A stretch of 56,196 bases of DNA from a virus (lineage: Duplodnaviria > Caudoviricetes), in the IMG/VR virus record IMGVR_UViG_3300010397_000013, positions 1-56,196 of that record, one strand, 5' to 3'. The first letter of the stretch is position 1, and every line of letters begins with the position of its first letter. Shown piece by piece: positions 35,930 through 45,223 of this stretch. Under the pieces are notes generated by a model. That model searched no databases. It saw only the letters and a list, made by a program, of their open reading frames with translations, and was not told the origin of the DNA. Made by a program: the position numbers and the translations under genes.

Positions 35930-36134
35930 CGGTGGGGATCTCCTCCTGAATCCTCGTGTTCCACGCCTTGATCGCCTCGCGTCGTGTCGCGAATGTCAAC
36001 ATGGATTGATAGCCTTGGCAGTGCTCAGTATTGCAACCGGCAGATTTGCGCACATCACCAAGCAACTCCGATTCTTCAATTTGAACATCGTTACTGCCGC
36101 AGAATGGACATGGAAGTAATGTTTCTTCGCTCAT
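35904..36134 (-). CDS. Lar-family (restriction alleviation-like) Zn-ribbon protein
   Basis: LLPCPFCGS...C...C...EAIKAWNTR. Confidence 0.75.
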   Translation of the reverse strand: MSEETLLPCPFCGSNDVQIEESELLGDVRKSAGCNTEHCQGYQSMLTFATRREAIKAWNTRIQEEIPTVAEKGASR

Positions 36135-36503
36135 TTTGGCATTGGTTTATGAATGTCTCGTCTTGGTCCCCGCCATTGATACAGTCCCATCGGTGAACTA
36201 ATCCAACCGCCTTCAGCATTGTCGCCGCCCAATGGAATCCACCACATCCCTCCCCCGCGTGCCTACTCTCCCTATCATGCTTAGATTGAACTGCCATGAT
36301 AAGTTCGTTGTATTTGGAATTCGTTTCACCATTTTTTAATCCCTCCAAAACTTCAATCGCTAGAATTAAATTTTCACGCGCAATCTGCGCATCATCATAG
36401 CGACGTTTCCTTAATTTTGTGGATATGCTTTTGTGGTATTTGTCTGTTGCGCTAACGATCAAACACAGTTCATACTTTCGCAAAAGCTGAAGCATTAGCA
36501 CAC

Positions 36504-36692
36504 TCATATTTGAAAATCAATCTGCGGTTCTCTTTTTTTGAAAAATGTTTCTTCAACGGACTCACCTTCGATCAGGCGATGGATATAACAAAACAGGATA
36601 GCCATCAGCAACCCACGTGGGAGTTTTACATTCCATTCAGCAATCTCCCGCTTCGCCACATCAAAGGCGTGCTTGCGTGTTAGAGTTTTCAT
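36504..36692 (-). CDS. Hypothetical protein
   Basis: 62-aa ORF in a packed minus-strand operon. Confidence 0.5.
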   Translation of the reverse strand: MKTLTRKHAFDVAKREIAEWNVKLPRGLLMAILFCYIHRLIEGESVEETFFKKREPQIDFQI

Positions 36693-36864
36693 TCTGGATC
36701 TTCAAACAGGCATTATCCGCGTATTGATGGCCAAACTCCATTCGCACCATCTCAAGAGCTTCCCTGGCGCTGTGCGCAGTGATTTCAACGACACATTCTG
36801 CGCCACGATTTACACAGTAAACTTTGCCTTTGATCAACGGGTTAAGTTTGACGCGGGAGATCAT
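36661..36864 (-). CDS. Hypothetical protein
   Basis: ATGA-coupled ORF. Confidence 0.5.
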   Translation of the reverse strand: MISRVKLNPLIKGKVYCVNRGAECVVEITAHSAREALEMVRMEFGHQYADNACLKIQNENSNTQARL

Positions 36865-37053
36865 GGCAACACTGGTTCAACTCGCACCTCAACCTGAATC
36901 GCGTCGGGCTGTTCATCAGTGTAAGTGCAATGATTCAGCGCCTCTCCCTTGGACATACAAAGCTTTCCTGTAATCTGCCCATTGGGATAAAGATTCATCC
37001 AGAACGTACGCTTGAAAGCTGGATGCTTTTGAATTGTTGCATTCATGCCGGGA

Positions 37054-37275
37054 TCACCGTCTCTTTCCAGATGCCGCCTTTCGACTTGGCAATTCTCTGA
37101 CTTCAACTTTAACGATTTTACAGTAGCGCGTAGTGACTCTTGCCTGCACCATCTCTTTTGCCTTAACCATAGAGTCAAACAAGGCAGGACCGCCCGGCTT
37201 AATGTTAAGCAGGAGGTAAGGCGTATGAAACTTTGGGCTTCCAATCCGAATAGCAAAGTAAGTTTCTTTAATCAT
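37054..37275 (-). CDS. Hypothetical protein
   Basis: Start overlaps the end of the RusA-like gene. Confidence 0.5.
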   Translation of the reverse strand: MIKETYFAIRIGSPKFHTPYLLLNIKPGGPALFDSMVKAKEMVQARVTTRYCKIVKVEVRELPSRKAASGKRR

Positions 37276-37666
37276 GTATCACCTCAATCTTGATTACCGT
37301 TCCCTCCTGCTCGCGCTCCAGCACCTTCACTTGGCTGACTTCAAGCGCAATGTCTTGCGCTCTGTCGTTCGGGATGATTTGCGCGTAGCGGCAGCAATCG
37401 ACAAAATATTTTGGGCAAAGATTGTCTGGATCGATGAGCCTCCGTCGATAAGAGATAATGCTGACCCGAAGGCGCTTTGCGTTGCCTGCTTCTCCTTTTT
37501 GCGTTGCCAAGGATTCATCGCAAAAAGGGCGTTCAGACTCGGAACGGGATGCTTCACAAACAGAGCGATGTCCTTCATTTATTCTTTCAACATTTCTCGC
37601 CAGCGTGCTCTTGCTGGCACCAGGAAAACGGCGTCGAAGTTCGTCTGGAGTGATCTGATTACTCAT
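37268..37666 (-). CDS. RusA-like Holliday junction resolvase
   Basis: RRRLIDPDNL..KY.VD......IPND pattern. Confidence 0.7.
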   Translation of the reverse strand: MSNQITPDELRRRFPGASKSTLARNVERINEGHRSVCEASRSESERPFCDESLATQKGEAGNAKRLRVSIISYRRRLIDPDNLCPKYFVDCCRYAQIIPNDRAQDIALEVSQVKVLEREQEGTVIKIEVIHD

Positions 37667-38097
37667 TTAATTAACTTCTGCTTTGCCGCATCTGCTTTTA
37701 CCTTCTCTGCTTTAGCTGCCTCTCGTTCCGCCTTTGCATCTTCTCTGGCTAGACAACGAATCGTCTCAATTTTCTCATTATTGTAAACAGCGTCTTCTTT
37801 TTCTTTTTGAGTTGGCCCCGAACCCAATGGTGTTCCTTCAAGAAGTATCTCCACAAAAAACGCAGTGAATGTCTTCGCATAGTCCCGATCACTCCAAGTG
37901 AGAGGATTGAGGACTTTTCGCGAAAGTTTTATCGCCGCATTTTCAATCTCTGTGCGAGATGATGACGCTGGGATCGGATCTGTAAACCGAACCTTGGCCG
38001 GATCTTTAGCCACCACAACACAGAGTTCATTATCACGAAGAATCTTGATGTCCTCTGCGCTCATGGAGTTTTCCGGCAGAATAATAATTGGCTTCAT
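37663..38097 (-). CDS. Hypothetical protein
   Basis: 144-aa ORF, first gene of the minus-strand operon. Confidence 0.65.
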   Translation of the reverse strand: MKPIIILPENSMSAEDIKILRDNELCVVVAKDPAKVRFTDPIPASSSRTEIENAAIKLSRKVLNPLTWSDRDYAKTFTAFFVEILLEGTPLGSGPTQKEKEDAVYNNEKIETIRCLAREDAKAEREAAKAEKVKADAAKQKLIK

Positions 38098-38269
38098 TTA
38101 ATTTTCAGCGTGAACGAAAATGGTTTGTTTCAATCCGCGCCCCATAATTACAGGGCGATAACTCACGCGAGCGAGAATGCCGAAATCCAAACTCCCTGTC
38201 AACAAATATTTTTACTTTCGTCAATTATTTTTCTTGACCCTACCCAGAATGAATGATTTGCTTGCATCT

Positions 38270-38440
38270 ATGACCGTAAGAGAAGAAGCGCGACAGTCTG
38301 AAAAGCAGAACCTTGCAAGGCTGCTTAAGATTCACGGTGGCAACATTGCAGCCGTCTCAAAAGAAATGGGATACACCCGAACTGCCATTATCTGGAAGCT
38401 TCGCAAGTACGGCCTTTACAAACCCCTGAGGCGAGCATGA
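38270..38440 (+). CDS. Fis-type helix-turn-helix protein
   Basis: EKQ.L..LL..HGGNIAAVSKEMGYTRTAIIWKLRKYGL. Confidence 0.8.
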   Translation: MTVREEARQSEKQNLARLLKIHGGNIAAVSKEMGYTRTAIIWKLRKYGLYKPLRRA

Positions 38441-38793
38441 CCCAACCCCAACTCAACGCACTGAACCTTTTCTGCGCAGAGAAGGTGATGGGGTGGCATC
38501 GCACCACTGGCTTTCTTGGCGAAAGCCGCTTTGGAATCACTTCTGATGGAGAAATTCTGATGCGCGGCACCGCCAACACTTCACCTATCTGGTCCCCCAC
38601 AACCGATCCCGCACAGGCCATGCTGGTGTTTGAGAAGTGTGCCCTGAAATTAGATTGTAATTTCAGAATTGAATATTGGTTATCTGGCAAATACCACTGC
38701 CTTAAATCTGATGAGCCTAATTGCATGATAATCAGCGCCGAAACACTCCCTCTTTGCATCGTCAAATTCGCTGAGAAGATTTTTAATAAATGA
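38437..38793 (+). CDS. Phage protein (AEKVMGW / WSPTTD family)
   Basis: AEKVMGW, WSPTTD..QA..V and AET.PL.I motifs. Confidence 0.65.
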   Translation: MTQPQLNALNLFCAEKVMGWHRTTGFLGESRFGITSDGEILMRGTANTSPIWSPTTDPAQAMLVFEKCALKLDCNFRIEYWLSGKYHCLKSDEPNCMIISAETLPLCIVKFAEKIFNK

Positions 38794-39191
38794 AAACTAA
38801 CAATGTTATGACTCCACGACGCAAACAGATCCGCTACATCACTGAATCCGAAATCATCGACGTTATCGACAGGGCACAAAAAGAAGCAGGCCGATGTTTG
38901 GTTGGCGCAATCGAGAATGATCGGATTGCCGACGCCCATTACAGATCCATCCCGGAATTGAAATCCAAACTGGCCAAGGCAACATTAAAGCGTGAACAGG
39001 ATGATTTAAGGCGCAAAATCCACGATGCGGGAAAGGCAGCAGAACATGCCCGCGAGCAAGCAAAAAAACTCTCTCGCCGCCGTCACACACTGGAAGATGC
39101 CACTATCCCAAGGCTTGGAGTTGCTCTGGCAGAAATGCGAACCATGATCATGCAACCGATCACAACCGACCCCGGAGTTGTGCTGCACTGA
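38790..39191 (+). CDS. Coiled-coil hypothetical protein
   Basis: ATGA-coupled 133-aa ORF. Confidence 0.6.
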   Translation: MKTNNVMTPRRKQIRYITESEIIDVIDRAQKEAGRCLVGAIENDRIADAHYRSIPELKSKLAKATLKREQDDLRRKIHDAGKAAEHAREQAKKLSRRRHTLEDATIPRLGVALAEMRTMIMQPITTDPGVVLH

Positions 39192-39587
39192 AATGAAAAC
39201 CTTCCACGCCAAAGATTTTAGCAGTCCACTGGCCCTTTTTGGTTCACCAGCATTTTGGAACGTTGAATTACCTTGCGAAATAGACACTGGCGGCGGCTCC
39301 ACATTTACTATGACCAAAGATAACATTGAAGCTGTTTGCCTTGGCTGCACCATGGCGTCAAGCTGGCCGAAGAAAGAAACAAATGACACCTGACGAAGCA
39401 ATTACCAACTTGGAGCAGATGCAGAAGCAAATCATCCACGGCTCAAATGTTTTTGGTGAAACAGCGCAAATAATCAAAGAGGCCAAAGACTTGATCCAAC
39501 ATTTTGGATGGACCAGCTGCGAGCGCAGTGACGTAGTCACCAACGCGGAGAGATGGCTTCAGGGAAAGCGCCCGTTAAATACATGAT

Positions 39588-39734
39588 ATGACTGACACTG
39601 AATTGTTAGACAAAGCAAACCACATGACCACCCTCAATCACATCGGGAGTGCGCCTGAACCGATTCACATCCTAAACTTAGGAGCCGGTGTACAATCCAG
39701 CCACTCGCCACTTTCGGTAGAGTGGGGGTGTTAG
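39588..39734 (+). pseudogene. Possible truncated remnant of a PAPS-reductase-like / adenine nucleotide alpha-hydrolase gene
   Basis: 48-aa ORF containing HILNLGAGVQSS, then an early stop. Confidence 0.4.
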
Positions 39735-40043
39735 AGCCAGAATAAATTGAGTATCGTATGCGCAAGCTTTCATCGAAACTTCCGATGTGCTGCCTCCCGT
39801 GGGTGACGCAACAGGTTCCTCGCCTGTCTCGATTTCCCTTGGCCGGGTTAGGCAGCACATCAGAGGATTCGGTATGCTTCATAAGCTAATCACGGTCACG
39901 GATCAAACCGCCTTCCACTGGTATCCACTATTCCCATTTTGGGTCTATCCATTGCGTTGCCCTTGGGGACATGGGCCTGTATCGCAGGCTGACTTTTTAG
40001 CCCACGAACCACGCGAAGGGATTTGGTTTGGGAGGAATTGAAC

Positions 40044-40589
40044 ATGAACGATCTTCAGTTCAAGGTCATCCCCACGCTCTATAACGGCATTGAGTTTCGT
40101 TCCAGGCTCGAAGCGCGTTGGGCGTTGTTCATGGATCTAATCGGGGTGAAGTGGGCCTACGAACCTGAAGGCTACCAAATTGGCGGTGACAAATACCTGC
40201 CCGACTTCTTTCTCTACCGCCAGAATTGCTTTTACGAAATCAAACCCGCGTGGCCAACCAATCAAGAGGCCAAAAAGTGTGAATCCCTTGCAATGGCAAC
40301 TGGCCGCAAAGTCTTCCTTCAGCATGGACCGCTTCTTGTTCCAACTGGTGATGTTAATGAAGGGGCACTTGCGTACTGGCGATGTGATGATGGAATGCCG
40401 GGGAGTGACATAACCTACCTTTGGGCTGAATGCAAAAAATGCGGCTATTGCGAACTGCAATTTGAGGGACGATCCGCCAGGAACTCTTGCCGCCATTACG
40501 GGCCAGAATCCAACAAGGAATATAACGAAGATTCCCCTAAGTTGGTTCGAGCCTACCACCTCGCAGATTCAGAAAGATTCGGAACATGA
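40044..40589 (+). CDS. PD-(D/E)XK-type nuclease-like protein
   Basis: FRSRLEARWA, YEPEG, YLPDF, YEIK. Confidence 0.75.
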   Translation: MNDLQFKVIPTLYNGIEFRSRLEARWALFMDLIGVKWAYEPEGYQIGGDKYLPDFFLYRQNCFYEIKPAWPTNQEAKKCESLAMATGRKVFLQHGPLLVPTGDVNEGALAYWRCDDGMPGSDITYLWAECKKCGYCELQFEGRSARNSCRHYGPESNKEYNEDSPKLVRAYHLADSERFGT

Positions 40590-42532
40590 CAATTCAAGAA
40601 GCCCTACTTCAACAAAACCTCTCTTATGACGGCATAATTCACGAGGACGGCAAGCTTCACAGGTTCGGCACCAAAGACGACAAGCCGGAGGTGCCATGCT
40701 GGTACGTCTTTCACGCCCTGCCAAACCAAGTTATCGCCGGAGCGTTTGGCTGTTGGAAGCGGCAGGTTAAACAGCGATTCTGTTCGCGGGAACGCTCGTC
40801 CATGCCCGCCAGTGAATGGGCGGAAGTGTGCAAAGCTCAAAAGCAGGCTGAGGATCTTCGCCGAATCGAAGAAGAACAGAACCACTCCAGGGTGCGCGCC
40901 GAATGCAAAATCATTTTCTCAGGTTCTAATCACCCCAAATTGCTCGCCCACCCCTACCTGAAGAAGAAGGGCGTCAACGCTTACGGTAATCTGCGCCTAT
41001 CAACCAGCAACTTGACCCCCGGCTGGCTCGCGCTTCCCTTGATCGATACTGATGGGGTAATTCACAGCGCCGAATTCATCGCTGATGATGGCACCAAGCG
41101 AATGTTCTACCAAGGGCGTTGCCAAGGATGCTGGTTCCCGCTGGCGGACGCCCCGGATGGGCCAATCTGCATCGTGGAAGGCTATGCCACCGGCGCAAGT
41201 GTCCATCAAGCCACAGGTTGGGCCACAGTCTGCGCTCGCAATGCCGGAAACCTGATCCCAGTCGCGCAATCCATCCGTAAGCTTCATCCAAACCGAGCCA
41301 TCATCATCGCCGCCGATAATGACCAGTTTACAGAGGGCAATCCCGGCATAACCAAGGCCACTGCCGCCGCAAAACCAATTTCCGGCACTGTCGTTTACCC
41401 GCAATTCTCGGACGAATCGCTCGAACACAAGCCCACAGATTGGAATGACTTACATCAATTGACCGGATTGGCAGAGGTGAAGCGTCAGATCGTTGAAGGA
41501 GCCAAGCTTGGCGGTGATTGGGATTTGTTGCTGGAGGATGCCGCCGATACCATGACCGAAATCATCCCTGAACCGATTCAAATCGTGGAGGGATTGCTGT
41601 GTGTGGAGGCGAAATTGGTCATTGGCGGGTCATCCAAGACCTACAAAACGTGGATCACGATGGATATGGCGATTTCATTAGCTACCGGAGCCAATTTCCT
41701 TGGCCGGAAGTGCAAACAACAGCGCGTTCTCTATGTTAATTTCGAGTTAAAGAAGAACACCTTCAAAACTCGCCTGCAAACTATCGCCAAAGCCAAGGGT
41801 GTTCACTTCGATTATCGCCAAATGGTTCATCTTTCCCTCCGTGGGCTTATCTCCCGACTTACCCCCAAGCAAATCGTGGACAAAATCGTTACCATGGCCG
41901 CCACCCGCAAGGTTGGGGTGGTAGTAGTTGACCCCATTTACAAGCTGAACACCCAGGGGAAGGACGAGAATTCAGCCGGGGAACAAACTATCCTGCTCAA
42001 TGAACTCGATAGAATCACCACCGAAGCCAAATGCTCCCTGATTTTCGATGATCATTTCTCAAAAGGCTCGCAATCTGACAAAGACCCACTAGATGCTATC
42101 CGAGGCAGTAGCGCCAAGGGCGGTGACGTGGATGCCGCTTTGATTATCCGCAAACACAAGATAGAAGGATCATTTTCTGTCGATGTAGTTCACCGGGAAT
42201 TGCCGCCCGTGAACCCATTCGTCATCACTTGGCAATATCCTCTATTCCATCCCAATGAGGATTTGGATGCTGCCGACATGAAACAACCCAAAAGGGGCGG
42301 CAGACCACCCACTACTGACCCAATGGAAATACTGGAGGCTTTTAGGGATACAACCCCCCTCAATGGAACCACGATTTCAGAGTTAAGCAGGAAGGTTGGC
42401 ATTGCCCGTCAAACAATCCAAAACCATCTATCCTTCCTCCGATCCAAATCATGGATAGCAACTTCCGGTGAGGGAGCACGAGCCACCCAACACATCACCC
42501 AGGAAGGACTTACTCGCCTTCAAAATATATGA
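40586..42532 (+). CDS. Primase-helicase (Toprim + RepA/AAA_25 helicase + C-terminal HTH)
   Basis: IVEGYATG, AADND, TDWND; Walker A GSSKTYKT, VVVDP; C-terminal TISELSRKVGIARQTIQNHL. Confidence 0.9.
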   Translation: MTIQEALLQQNLSYDGIIHEDGKLHRFGTKDDKPEVPCWYVFHALPNQVIAGAFGCWKRQVKQRFCSRERSSMPASEWAEVCKAQKQAEDLRRIEEEQNHSRVRAECKIIFSGSNHPKLLAHPYLKKKGVNAYGNLRLSTSNLTPGWLALPLIDTDGVIHSAEFIADDGTKRMFYQGRCQGCWFPLADAPDGPICIVEGYATGASVHQATGWATVCARNAGNLIPVAQSIRKLHPNRAIIIAADNDQFTEGNPGITKATAAAKPISGTVVYPQFSDESLEHKPTDWNDLHQLTGLAEVKRQIVEGAKLGGDWDLLLEDAADTMTEIIPEPIQIVEGLLCVEAKLVIGGSSKTYKTWITMDMAISLATGANFLGRKCKQQRVLYVNFELKKNTFKTRLQTIAKAKGVHFDYRQMVHLSLRGLISRLTPKQIVDKIVTMAATRKVGVVVVDPIYKLNTQGKDENSAGEQTILLNELDRITTEAKCSLIFDDHFSKGSQSDKDPLDAIRGSSAKGGDVDAALIIRKHKIEGSFSVDVVHRELPPVNPFVITWQYPLFHPNEDLDAADMKQPKRGGRPPTTDPMEILEAFRDTTPLNGTTISELSRKVGIARQTIQNHLSFLRSKSWIATSGEGARATQHITQEGLTRLQNI

Positions 42533-42867
42533 AAAGCACTCAGCTTTCAGTCGCTTTCTGCATAGCAACCTCGCGCCCTCGTTCGGTTTGTGCGCCAACC
42601 CAAGTTCCATTGGCATTGTCAAAAACAATCGCTCCGGTTTCTTGCGCCCGCTTGAATGCCCAATCCCAAAACCAAGGCTCACCCAAAAGCCACTTACATA
42701 CATTCCGAGTTTTCATATTTGAATGGAACCCTGCGATCTGGCCAATGCGCCTTCGGTGGCATCTTGGACAATTCAAATACAAAACGAGATTTAATCACAT
42801 CACCTTCACGTAGTTTTCGCATAGGAACTACTATTACACCTATAGGTAACATGTCAACACTAGACGC

Positions 42868-43017
42868 CTGCCGGAAACTGCCGAAAAGTATATTTTCAGC
42901 ACTCAGTGCCAACCTGTTGACTGCTGCCTGCCGAAAACCTTACATAGTAAGTTTTCGGCAGTCGGCAGTCGGCACTGCCGATAATGAGAGTAAAAACACA
43001 AAAAGGTTTTCGGCAGG
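42868..43017. repeat. Iteron-like direct and inverted CTGCCGAAAA repeats (candidate replication origin)
   Basis: About 8 copies of the TGCCG(A) core in both orientations downstream of the primase-helicase. Confidence 0.65.
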
Positions 43018-43077
43018 TAATCACCCCATGACCAAAACCCTGGAAATCTACGATCAAAACCAGAAAGGAAACCAACC

Positions 43078-43938
43078 TTGAATGAGTTACACCTTTTTGC
43101 TGGATGCGGGGGAGGAATCATGGGCGGACTCCTTCTCGGCCATACCTGCGTCTGTGCTGTCGAGATTGAACCTTACCGCCGAAAAGTCCTGCTACAACGA
43201 CAACGGGACGGAATCCTGCCAAGGTTCCCTATTTGGGATGACGTGCGAACCTTCGACGGAACTGTATGGAAAGGAAATATTGACGTTGTGGCAGGAGGGT
43301 TCCCTTGCCAGAACATCAGTCCTTCCGGGGATCGCACAGGACTTAAAGGAGCCAAAAGCGGACTCTGGAAACACATGGCTCGAATCATTTGCGAAGTTCA
43401 ACCCGGTATCGTGTTCGTGGAAAATTCGGCAGCTCTCACTGTTCGAGGACTTGGAACCATTCTTGGAAATCTGGCCGAAATGGGGTTCGATGCGAAATGG
43501 GGAGTGTTGGGAGCTGCCGATGCCATCTGGCTTGAAGGAACTCCGATCTTTGATCACGAACGCCTTCGATGCTTTATCAAGGCTGCCAACACCAACCGTC
43601 TGCGGGAACTACAATCGAAAAGGAGCAAGCCCTACAAGCGGGGATGGACTAGCAACGGCACTCCGGCGCCTGCCAACTCCAACAGCGTCAGACAAAGGGA
43701 CAATTCGCCAACTTCCAAAACGAATAAAATACACAGCCAAGGGAACACTTCGCCATTTGAACGCAGACGGAATCGAGTCTCAATGCAGACTTCAACAGCA
43801 GATTGCGGCTGGTGGACCCATGAACCCGGAGTGGGTCGAATGGTTCATGGGATGGCCCATCGGAATGACCGCATTGCAGCCATTGGAGATGGCCAAGTTC
43901 CAGCAGTGGTTAAACTCGCATGGGAAACTCTCTCCTGA
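43078..43938 (+). CDS. DNA cytosine-C5 methyltransferase, main chain
   Basis: Motif I LFAGCGG, IV GGFPCQ, VI VENS, VIII HERLRCF, X-like RIAAIGDGQVP. Confidence 0.9.
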   Translation: MNELHLFAGCGGGIMGGLLLGHTCVCAVEIEPYRRKVLLQRQRDGILPRFPIWDDVRTFDGTVWKGNIDVVAGGFPCQNISPSGDRTGLKGAKSGLWKHMARIICEVQPGIVFVENSAALTVRGLGTILGNLAEMGFDAKWGVLGAADAIWLEGTPIFDHERLRCFIKAANTNRLRELQSKRSKPYKRGWTSNGTPAPANSNSVRQRDNSPTSKTNKIHSQGNTSPFERRRNRVSMQTSTADCGWWTHEPGVGRMVHGMAHRNDRIAAIGDGQVPAVVKLAWETLS

Positions 43939-43945
43939 ACAATGA
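43082..43945 (+). CDS. Overlapping alternative-frame methyltransferase subunit (TRD / motif IX-like)
   Basis: LPTPT twice; MNPEWVEWFMGWPIGMT; open for 287 codons. Confidence 0.7.
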   Translation: MSYTFLLDAGEESWADSFSAIPASVLSRLNLTAEKSCYNDNGTESCQGSLFGMTCEPSTELYGKEILTLWQEGSLARTSVLPGIAQDLKEPKADSGNTWLESFAKFNPVSCSWKIRQLSLFEDLEPFLEIWPKWGSMRNGECWELPMPSGLKELRSLITNAFDALSRLPTPTVCGNYNRKGASPTSGDGLATALRRLPTPTASDKGTIRQLPKRIKYTAKGTLRHLNADGIESQCRLQQQIAAGGPMNPEWVEWFMGWPIGMTALQPLEMAKFQQWLNSHGKLSPEQ

Positions 43946-44115
43946 CAAAGACTTTAGAAATCTACGATCAAAAGACGGCTGAGATCCGAGCCTTTGAAAA
44001 GGAGGTTAAAGACCTTGGTGGTTATGTGACTGATTGCGGATACCCAAAGGACAACTCAACCCTCCAAATCAACGCCTGGATACCGGACCAACCGGAACTG
44101 GAATTGAAACCATGA
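43942..44115 (+). CDS. Small hypothetical protein (MTKTLEIYDQK..., 57 aa)
   Basis: ATGA-coupled at both ends. Confidence 0.6.
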   Translation: MTKTLEIYDQKTAEIRAFEKEVKDLGGYVTDCGYPKDNSTLQINAWIPDQPELELKP

Positions 44116-44296
44116 ACGACTGTCAACAACTTATCGAAATTGCCAAACTTAGCCATGCCCTCTGCGCAACTGCCGATTGTTCGCATCCATGGGCAAAGGA
44201 TTTCAAAAATCAATTGCTGGTTAAAATAGCCAAGCTTCCATCACACATTCGAGATGAAGTGATCAATCCAAACTACAACCCATCCCAACCAAAACC

Positions 44297-44509
44297 ATGA
44301 ACCTTACTCCCGCTGAAACTTGGAATGACTTACGACCACCACGGCTTGATTACGATCTTGAAACCAGACTTCTATTTATCCGCCAGATCCAAGCCGATGC
44401 GCTTAGGTGGGCTGTTTATGAGATCCAAGATTTCAGTGACCCAAAACTTGGAATGGATGCCATCCTTAAAAAAGCCAACCAACTCGACCCGGTGAGGGAG
44501 AAGTCATGA
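44297..44509 (+). CDS. Hypothetical protein
   Basis: ATGA-coupled. Confidence 0.55.
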   Translation: MNLTPAETWNDLRPPRLDYDLETRLLFIRQIQADALRWAVYEIQDFSDPKLGMDAILKKANQLDPVREKS

Positions 44510-44670
44510 GATACAAAACCGTCCATGATAGCGAATGGGTCAAACCGCGCATGAAAAATTACCTGATGAAATGTTGCGACTGTGGCCTTGTCCATCGCCT
44601 CAACTTCAAAGTCATCAAACATGCTCGCGGTCACAAAGTCCTTTTCCAAGCCTCTCGACTAAAACCTTAA
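44506..44670 (+). CDS. Small CCDCGLVH-motif phage protein (54 aa)
   Basis: MRYKTVHDSEWVKP...CCDCGLVHR read by hand; ATGA-coupled. Confidence 0.65.
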   Translation: MRYKTVHDSEWVKPRMKNYLMKCCDCGLVHRLNFKVIKHARGHKVLFQASRLKP

Positions 44671-44857
44671 CCCAACTCCTGCTCTTTGTGAGAACTGAAC
44701 TTAACATTCCACCGGGTATCACTCTCAATACTCCATTGGATCGCGAACAAGCCGAAGAAGTCATGGGGTGTGCGGAATATGAAGAAGCTTATCGCATTGT
44801 CGCCCACCACAACGGTGAAATTGATGAAATGTTCCGTATCTTACGAAAGGAATCCCT

Positions 44858-45223
44858 GTGAACGAAATACCCCAATCCTTTAAAGAGGGCGTCTTCAATC
44901 ACGTCCTTATCTATTCCACTCAACCTGAGTCTGAAAACACTCCATTAGCCATCTACGAGAAATCCGATAACGGCAAACCTCGCGGCTTTGAAGTCGTTCG
45001 CTTCCAACTGCGCAAATCTGAATCCGTAACTGTCAAAGGAATCCGATACGATTACGAGGATAGACTTGTTTACCCATCAAACGAACAATGGGGGACTCAT
45101 GGTTTCTCCTGTGTCAGCCGCCAAGCTGCTGAAATTAGGCTCCAAACCATGATTGCAGAGGGTATCAAAAGAAACTCAAGTGCGGACAAGGTGCCAACCA
45201 CGCCAGACACTACAGCACCCTAG
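44858..45223 (+). CDS. Hypothetical phage protein
   Basis: IYEK...FEV...YPSNEQWGTHGFS. Confidence 0.6.
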   Translation: MNEIPQSFKEGVFNHVLIYSTQPESENTPLAIYEKSDNGKPRGFEVVRFQLRKSESVTVKGIRYDYEDRLVYPSNEQWGTHGFSCVSRQAAEIRLQTMIAEGIKRNSSADKVPTTPDTTAP

